This document shows positions 55,946 through 64,000 of a DNA stretch of 64,000 nt, one piece after another. Position numbers and translations under genes: made by a program. This stretch comes from the human T2T-CHM13v2.0 reference genome, Homo sapiens. The DNA lies in NCBI RefSeq assembly GCF_009914755.1, contig NC_060946.1. The stretch is one strand, 5' to 3'. The first letter of the stretch is position 1. Each line of letters begins with the position of its first letter. The notes under the pieces were generated by a model, which ran no database searches, had not been told where the DNA came from, and was given only the letters and a program-made list of their open reading frames with translations.

Positions 55946-57841
55946 AACTTGACATGCAGAACTTTCTTTGTGTCTGTGTCCCCCCCACACCCACCTGGCA
56001 CAGCAGCATTTGGCCCATTCTCAGCTTTCCGTTCAGGTGGTCTTTTCTTATGGGTAACGGTTGTTCTGCAGAGAGCCATTAAGCGCTGATTCTGTGACCA
56101 GCACTGGAGAATCAGGGAGGGCCTCCGGGAGGAAGTGATGGCTAGGCTGGGTCCTGAGTGGTGAGGTATTTGAGTGAAAGGGGGAGAAGGGGAGGAGGGT
56201 GCCCAGTGGAGCAGGACATGGCCAGAAGGGTCTGGAGGTATGGGGGGGCGGTGTGGGCGTTTGAGAAACTGAGCCAAGGTTTTCTGCTGGAGCGCTAGAG
56301 GCTTGGCAAGAGGTGGGCTGGAAGGATAAACAGGAGGCTAAAACTGGAGTTGGGCCTTCAACCCCCAGGCTTTGGGGGAACCATCGGAAGGTTGCAGTGG
56401 AGGAGGTTTGCATATAGAAACATCATCCTGTTGATCCAGGGCCAGGTGAACTGGAGGGGCCAGACGGGGAGCAGGAAGCTCAGGTGTAACCCAGTCAGTG
56501 CTCCCACACCCCAGCCTGGCTCTCTAGGAAGCTCCTGGCATGCAGTGTAGTCATGTTGTGTAACCTGCCATCACTGCACCGTTTCTCTGGAGCAGGGCCT
56601 GGGCTGCGTGCTCCCAAGCCTGGCAGAGGGCTATGGATGGAGCATTGTCCTGTTCACCTCGCTTCCTGGCTGTGCTGCCCGTGTGCCCGGTCCCCAACCA
56701 CCCCCGCCCTCTAGGGAGTCCCTATCCCTGGCCTGCGGAGAAGCATGCCATGATGAGTTCATTCAGCAGCCGTGGACGGAGCCCCTCTGTGTCAGGCTCT
56801 AGGGACATGGTGATAAGAAGGGGTCCTCCCACCCTCTCAGGGGAGGCATGCAACGGAGCCAGCCACGAGGACACCAGTGTTTACACCATGACACAACCAT
56901 GCGGGGGGGTGGGGGGAGGAGAGGCTCCCTCAGCACGTGGTTGCCCAAGGAGCCGTCCCCAGTCCCAGTCCCCCTAGGTTTGCTCCTCCCGAAAAGGAAT
57001 AGCGCTGAATCGTCACAGGGTGGCACAGACTTGGGTCAGAGAAAATAACTAACTGGTATTTGCCTTTTGCAAAATGATGGGGTTTCACCAAACCACATAC
57101 AAATCCTTCCCAAATCCCCAGTGGCTGGTTTTGTGGCCTCTCCGGCCAGCCCCGATCTGAGTGTTGGTTATCGCAGGGAGCCGAGTGCCGTTGGGACACC
57201 TGTTAGCATCTTGGGCCCAGGAAATCCACACCCTGACCTTAAGTGCTGAAAGGACCTTTAGTGGGTCTCCGCCGGCTTCCTTCCTCACCTTACAGGTGAG
57301 GAAACTGAGGCCCACAGAGAGGACTCCCCCAAGACAGCCCAGAGCTGGGGCTGCCCTGCTTCACTGTCTGATCTGGGAGATGGACACACACCCCCCAGAG
57401 AACCCAGGCCACCGCTCAGGGTGGCCCCCCTGACCTGTGGCACTATAGATGGGAGAGGAGCCCACCCCTCTGGCCTTTCTGCTGTCTCCCTCTGTCCCCT
57501 CACTCGCTTTCCTCCTCTGGTCCCCACCTTCATGAATATGCACAGTGACTGATGACTTCTCACCAGCCCTTCCTCTGATTAGCTCTGTGTCCCCGAGGAA
57601 GATCCAAAATCTCTCCTGACTTCAGTTTCCCCTGCTATAAAACAGGGATGGGCTATGATATAGGAAGGTCCAGACCCCTCCACCCTCCCCACACAGGGGA
57701 TCTCTGGCTTCATTGATGTTGTCTCATGAAAGGGCCCTGGGTTAGGTCTTCATTCCCCAAGGGTGAGTTCCTGGGGACGAGGCTGGGACTGGGGCTGGGG
57801 CCAGGCTGTGCTGAGCCCTTCTCCATTCTGTGCCTCTGCAG

Positions 57842-57973
57842 AGATCATCTTCCTCCGGGCCATCACGCCACCGCATCCTGCCAGCCAGGCTAACATCATC
57901 TTCGACATCACGGAAGGGAACCTGCGGGACTCTTTTGACATCATCAAGCGTTACATGGACGGCATGACCGTGG
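57842..57973 (+). CDS. FBLN1: Isoform-D exon 16 (the final D exon lies beyond the window)
   Basis: ctctgcag|AG, G|gtgagt; 132 bp; [44 protein letters not shown]. Confidence 0.98.
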
Positions 57974-59040
57974 GTGAGTGGCTGGGAATATCAGCTCTAT
58001 CCAGGCACCCCTCCCCCTCCACCCCGAAACCCTCTCTGGCCCAGCCCAACTCCCATCTGAGTCCCCTCCCCAAATTCAAGCCCACCCAACCTTCAGGGCC
58101 CAGCGCCGAGGCCACCACAGCTCCCAATCGGTCTCGGCCGGAGGAACAGCCAGAGTGGGGGATCCTGCCTGGGATCTGACCCTAGCTGTGCCACCCACTC
58201 TCTGGGTGACCCCTCTGGGTCTCGGTCTCCCTGCCTATAACATGGGTGGGTTCCAGAGAGCGCTGCGCCTCACAACCATGAATTTCAAATGATACCACCC
58301 AAGTAAAGTGCTTGTCCTGAGGGCTGGCACAGTCCCGCGGTCGGTGGGAGCTAAGGGGATTGTTATTCTTGGGGTGCAATGGGAGGGATAGCAAAGTAGG
58401 AATCAGAGGGCCTGAGCTCTGGTCTCTCAGCCTTGGAACTAGCTGGATTCGCCATGTGGCCTTGAGCAGTAGTCGTCCCCTCCCTACGCATCAGTTGGTA
58501 AGAGGACCAAGGCCACTCTGTGTGCACAGCCCATCTGAATGGGGAGCTCACTGCTCTTTCTCCCTGGAGATCCGGTGTTTGGGGAGCGTGAAGGGAGGCT
58601 GGGGCATGAGGGGACTGTGGAAGTCCTGTTGGTGGGTGCAGGCTGGGGAAGATGTTTACAGGCGGGGGCAGGGCCCTCCCTGGCTAGGAACGGGCTTTAA
58701 TGACAACCTACTCGTGTGAAAAAATATCCAGGCCCACTCCATTCCGCACGCTTGTTTCTGTCATTCACAGCCCCTCTCCTGAACTGTCACATTTTAAAAG
58801 ATTTACAGTCATGGGAAATGAAAACGGTGGCATCTGCCATTTTGGACTCGGATTTATACTCTGAACACTTTCAAAGCAGCTGAGCAACGGACGGACAGTC
58901 CCTGACCTCCCCTGGGCCTCAGTTTCCCCATTGTGAACTGGGAGGAGTGGGCTTCCTAGTCCCTTAGGCGCTGGAGTCCGGGAGGTCCTAACCAGAACCC
59001 ACGAGCGTGCAGTGCGCACAGAGCAGAGCGTTTTGGAGCC

Positions 59041-59059
59041 TGGCCTCCAGGTGGCGCTG
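59041..59059 (+). promoter_or_regulatory. CTCF motif (forward orientation)
   Basis: TGGCCTCCAGGTGGCGCTG closely matches the consensus. Confidence 0.7.
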
Positions 59060-62000
59060 TTGGACCTTGGACGCTCAGTCTTTGCGCCTCAAACCCGACG
59101 GTTGTTAAAACTGGCAGCTGGAGAAAGGGAATCGTTATTCCCGTCTTGCCAAAGAGCCATTTATAGCACCTTTACAAGCTTTTAAATGGGTTTGCATGTT
59201 GTAAACATGACTGAGTCACTGGGGGGCTCCCCACCCCAGCCTCCTCCTGCGCTAGCTGGCAGCAGGAATAATTAGTTAATTACAATTAATGGTGCATTAG
59301 CCCTCGCGTGATTCCAAGGGGAAGGCGCATGGTTTGGTTGTCGGCAGTTGTGAAACTTGCTGCTTGCCCTTGAGTCACTCCCCACTCTGGGCCTCAGTTT
59401 CCCCCATTGTGAAATGAGAGTTTAGATGAAGACAGCCTTGAGGGTCCTTCAGGCCCCTGTGCAGGAGGGCAGGCAGGGAGGGGGTTGGGTCAGGGCTTTG
59501 TCCTGTCCCACTGGGTGGGTGGGGTATGCACCCTGACACTGGCCCACAGCCGCCCCCCGCCCCAAAGGGGCCAGCCCTGTGCTTGATGCTGGGCCTGCAG
59601 TTGTGGCTGGGACATGGCCCTCAGGTGATTTCTAGATCTTGGAACATGGGAGTTTGGAATCCTAGGACCTTCTAGTTCACTCACTCATTCTTTCCGTTTC
59701 TGAACCCTTCTTGAGCCTCTACCTGTGCCTGACCCTGGGCTGAGCCTTGCAGATACAGAGATGGATAAATGCCACATAGCCCCTGAGGACTTTGCATCTC
59801 AGCAGCAGGGAGAAGCCACCCCGTATCAGATCATCAAAATATGATGCCGAAATAGGCATGCACAGAGACAGGCCTTGATGGCCTGTGGAGGCTCTCTCAG
59901 GGGAAGTCTCCTGGCAGGTTTTACGTCTTTAGTTCCCACCTACATCCTTCCTGGGGTGACCCAAGCCAAGAGGTTGGGCAGCTGCTGGGCCTAGAACCAG
60001 CACCCACCAGCGCCTTTCTCTGGCTGCATCTGCTCCAGACAGAACCAACCTGGGAGTGTCTGTTTCTCAGCTTCCCATCCACTGGGGCAGAAAATCCTGG
60101 CATGTCAGAGCCTGGAGGCTCCTAGAGACCATCCCTTCCTTCTTCCGTAGGAGGGGAAACTGAGGCCCGGAAGGGCGAGGGGGCTTGCCAGTCTTCTTAC
60201 AGTGAATCAGGGACACAGTGGGCAATGGAAAGGAGTCCCAGGGTATGAGAGATGATCACAGGTGCCGTCCCGGCAGCGGGCTTCTGGGAACGGAATGTGG
60301 ATGAGGCCACAAGGACCCAGCGGCTTCCCCCGGCACAGTTGGTCACGGGTGCCCTGGTCTTTGGAATTCTGGGCTGGGGCTGCGTGGGGGAGGGCCCCAG
60401 CCTGGCCCTTGGAATTGTCGTGCCTGTAGCCCTGTGTGCTGGGGAGGCCCCTGCCTCTTCCACGCCTCGGTCTGTGTGCAGGATGCCCCACCTGGCTGGG
60501 CTCCTGGAGTTGACCTGGTGCCCATGTCATCTCAGGTGGAAGACTGAGACCAGGGAGGCAAGCCCTGCGTGTTGGGACCTAGGCTGCATTGCTGGCTGGC
60601 TCCTGTCTCTGTCCCCACTGCGCTGATCTTATTTCTCTGTCTGAGATCTCCTCCTTGGGCTTCCATATCCCTACTTCCTTCTCCCTCCTCTTCTGCCCAG
60701 AATAACTTCCATACATCCTGGGAGCTTCCTGGTCCCTAGGGGCAGCCATCCCGGCACACGGCTCCTGGCCTGTCCACCTGGTAATAGATGGTTCCACCGT
60801 TGGACTCGAGCCCAGCCTGAAGCAGCCCTGAAAACGTGGGGTTGAACCCTTGCCGGCTCCTTACCGTTGCTGGGCACCTTCACCCCCGCATTCCCCAGTC
60901 CTCACAGACACTGCCAGCGACGGGTCATGATTGTCTCCCTTGGGCAAAGGAGGGAGCTGAGTTAAATGACCGCCTGAGACTGTGCAACTGAAAAACTGCA
61001 GGGCCTGGGATGTTTTCCGACTTGTTTTTAGCAGTGCAGTTCTGATTTCAAGCAGTGACTTAGGCAGAAACCCTTCATGGTGGTGGAGAGGAAGAAAGCG
61101 GCTTCCAGGGCTGCTGCTCCTGGTGGGGAGCGTGGGAGGCTCTTGAGCCTCCTGGGCAGCCCCGTGCAGCTCTGTGCTGCCTGCAGCACACGGCAGGGAA
61201 CGCCGCCTACTCACGGTGCTTGCTGAACACCTGTCTGCTCTAGGCCATGCCCTGTGTGGACACTGGGCACCGGATCAGGAGGGCTTCCTGGAGGAGGTGA
61301 GGCCCGAGCTGAGTGTCCTTGCATGTGAGGGAGTGACACTTAGTGAGCACCTGTGATGACCAGGAGCCAGGGTTTCATCATCGCCAGGACCCTGTGACAC
61401 GGTGGGATTATCTCCTCTAACAAAGGAGAGAGCGAGAGCCAGAGAGGGCAAGAGATTTGCCCGAGGCCACTCAGAGCTGGGGCCAGAGCGGGCCTGGAGC
61501 CCGGTCTTCCCCAGACACCACACCCGCCCAGAGCCGGAGCCCAGGGTTGACTGCTGCTGTGGTGGGCTAAGTTGCTGTGAGTTTGGATGTCCCAGAAAAA
61601 CAATCAGCGCACAGGCCCCGGGGCTCGCCGTGTTCAGTCCTCCCAGAGTAACAGAAGAAGAGGGAGAAATGCCCCGAGTCCACTAAGAACCTGCAAGGGC
61701 CGGGTCGTCCTCTAATGTAGCCTTGAAAGACCCGTTCTTAGCGGGGATCGAGGAGCCCGCAGCAGGGCCCGCGCCGTCGTCTTTGTAAAGCCCCCTTGCA
61801 TTCCTCTTTAACCGGCTGTCAAAGAAAAATGAAGAATGCGTTTTCGCCCTGTGCAAAAATGCTCCATTAATGCCCGAGGGATTCTCAGGCCACTACAAAG
61901 CTTTCCTTATCTGGCTCTGGATTCATTCTCAGCTCTGCAGCCTGTAATCCGGGGTGCTCTGGGAAGAGATCTTTCAGGTAGTATATCCTGAGTGATGACT

Positions 62001-62175
62001 AATGGGGGAGCCCTGGCTGCAGCAGGGGCGGGCTGTGTATCATCAGCGTGCGGATGAGAGAGACAGAAAGGCAACTCGAGGCCACCCGGGCTCCCCGGGC
62101 CCCTGGGCTATGGCTGCTGTCTGAGCCTCAGACTTCCCCTCCAGCCTCCAGATCACCACTTCCTTTTAACTCTCA

Positions 62176-62673
62176 GGCCAGCCACATCTGTGTCTGTCTG
62201 GCTCCCTCCACTCAGCCTCAAGACCCAGCATGTGTGTGACCACTTCCAAGAAGCCTCCCCTGACTGCTCCAGGGTCATGGCTGTGTGATAGGAGGGCCTG
62301 GCCTGCAAAAACGCCCTCCCTATTTCTCCAGGGAGGGAAATCTGTGTGCTATGAGGCTTGGTTGTGGCCACATTTCTGTTAAAACCCTGCCAATGCCAAC
62401 AGGAGCTACAGAGCCTGCAGGTGAAGTAATTCTTTGGCCTACGGACGAATTTTGCATGTGGACCTCCTGACCCTTGGGCCTCCCGGGTTGCAGGGAGCTA
62501 CGGAGTTGTCTTTGTAGTTTTTTGCAGGCCAGCCCCTCCTGTCGCACGGGCATGACCATGGGGCAGTCAGGGGAGGCTTCTTGGAAGAGGTCACACACAT
62601 TCTGGGTCTTGAGGCTGAGGGGTGAGCCAGACAAGTGGGACACCCAAACTCACAGCCACGTCTGTGGCTGGCC
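62176..62673. repeat. Long non-Alu inverted repeat
   Basis: Arms 62195-62311 and 62519-62633 are reverse complements (9 substitutions plus one small indel patch); outer 11-bp helix 62176-62186/62663-62673. Confidence 0.93.
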
Positions 62674-64000
62674 CATGAACAGCGCGATGAGAGGCAGGGA
62701 GCCAGGAAGGGAGGGCACAGCCTGCGGTTTGGGGCTGTTGGAGCATCCAGGGTGCAGGGAGGGTCGAGGGGAGGCCGAAAGGGGCTGCAGGGCCAGGCCT
62801 TGGTGGATGCTGTCCTGGGGACCACGGGAGCCACGGGAGGTCTGTGCTGCCCATGGAGCTTCCAGATCCCGCTGCTTTATTTAACCCACTGGGCCTCCTG
62901 CAGCTTGAGGTTGCGGTTGAGGTTGTACCCACTCAGCAGGTAAGAAGACTGAGGCCGGAAGAGCCAAGTCCCCAGGATCTCCCAGCCAGGAAGTGTTCGA
63001 GGATAGGGCTTAGACCTGAACTGCCCAGATCTGGGACTCCCCATCCCCATGGCCTATGTTAAGCCCTGATTATTTTTTCTGGTCTATACTAGCTGGTATC
63101 TACACTGGCTGGCATCTGTCAGCCGTGGTTGAGTCTGAGTCCCAGCCGTAGAGGATAAATAGTGAAGCACCTCCTTTCACACAGTCACAGTGCTCCCGGC
63201 CATGGGATCTTGGGTCCTGGGCCAGCCCTTGATGAGGAAAGACCTCCCTGTATGTCCAGGCAGTCAAAAGATGAAGTTCAGATGTCACCATGCTGCGGAA
63301 TGGCGAGGTCCTGGAGGGTCTCTCTCCGGCTCTTTACCTGCCGAGGGCCCACTCATCCTTGGTCACACAGGCAACCCATCATGCTGCTCCCTGGGACCCC
63401 CAGACCTGCCTCCTTTCCAGGACCCCTCCCAGCCTCAATGATTCCCCAGTGACAGCCACAGCCGCACCTGGTGCAGATAGATGCTGGGGCTGGCTGCAAT
63501 TTAGGGAGGATCTTTCTAGGCTGGGGCAGGAGCTTCACGGCTGGGAATGGGCTTTAATGACAACCTACGCATCTTAGAAGACATTCAGACCCACTCCACT
63601 CTGCACAGTTGTTTCTGGGCAAGCCCTCTGATATGATTTAGTGCATGTGTGGCTGGGTGTGGAGTGTGTGCGTGTGTGTGGGTGCGTGTGAGTGGTGAGT
63701 GCATATGCACAGGGTTTGATCTCTGAGATGTTTTATACTCTCTGGCTTGGAGAAAGGACAGTCCTGTAGTATCAAGACCAGACCTTGTGTCCCCAGCCCA
63801 AGGCTGCCCTGGGCCCAGGGACAGTATTTGGAGACTTTGCTGGCAGTTTTGCGTTGGAATCACCTGGTGCCTCCCTGTACGTCCACCCATCCTGTGCCCA
63901 GAGCCCCTTCGCAAGCACCATATGCTGTTAGATCCTCGAGCAGCCTTGTGGGACAGCCACCCTGGGGCTGGTATCACCATTTATGTAAGAAAAAAAAGGA

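Overview
Human (or great-ape) genomic DNA from inside the fibulin-1 gene (FBLN1, + strand). The window starts in intron 2 and ends in the last intron of isoform D. It holds constitutive exons 3-14 (anaphylatoxin modules and EGF/cbEGF repeats). After the shared exon-14 donor come four alternative 3' ends: A (38936, Thr-stop, inside an antisense HERV-L provirus), C (43777), B (45749) and the first two D-specific exons (55376, 57842). Exon lengths add up to the known 566/601/683-aa A/B/C isoforms. The introns carry about 31 Alus, MaLR and MLT2 LTRs, three MER58A copies, L1/L2 fragments, a full-length 6.9-kb MLT2A/HERV-L provirus with a GGACC target duplication, and two minisatellites. I found no new protein-coding system; almost all other ORFs in the track are Alu, GC-rich or repeat artefacts. 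The most unusual signals are non-coding: a ~90%-identical non-Alu inverted repeat (62.2-62.7 kb), a 37/38-bp copy of exon 4 inside intron 5, a provirus that split a 32-bp minisatellite in register and supplies isoform A's last exon, a templated insertion inside an Alu, a diverged direct repeat with a perfect 20-bp core, and two strong CTCF motifs bracketing the alternative last exons. All alignments were done by eye, and repeat boundaries are approximate.
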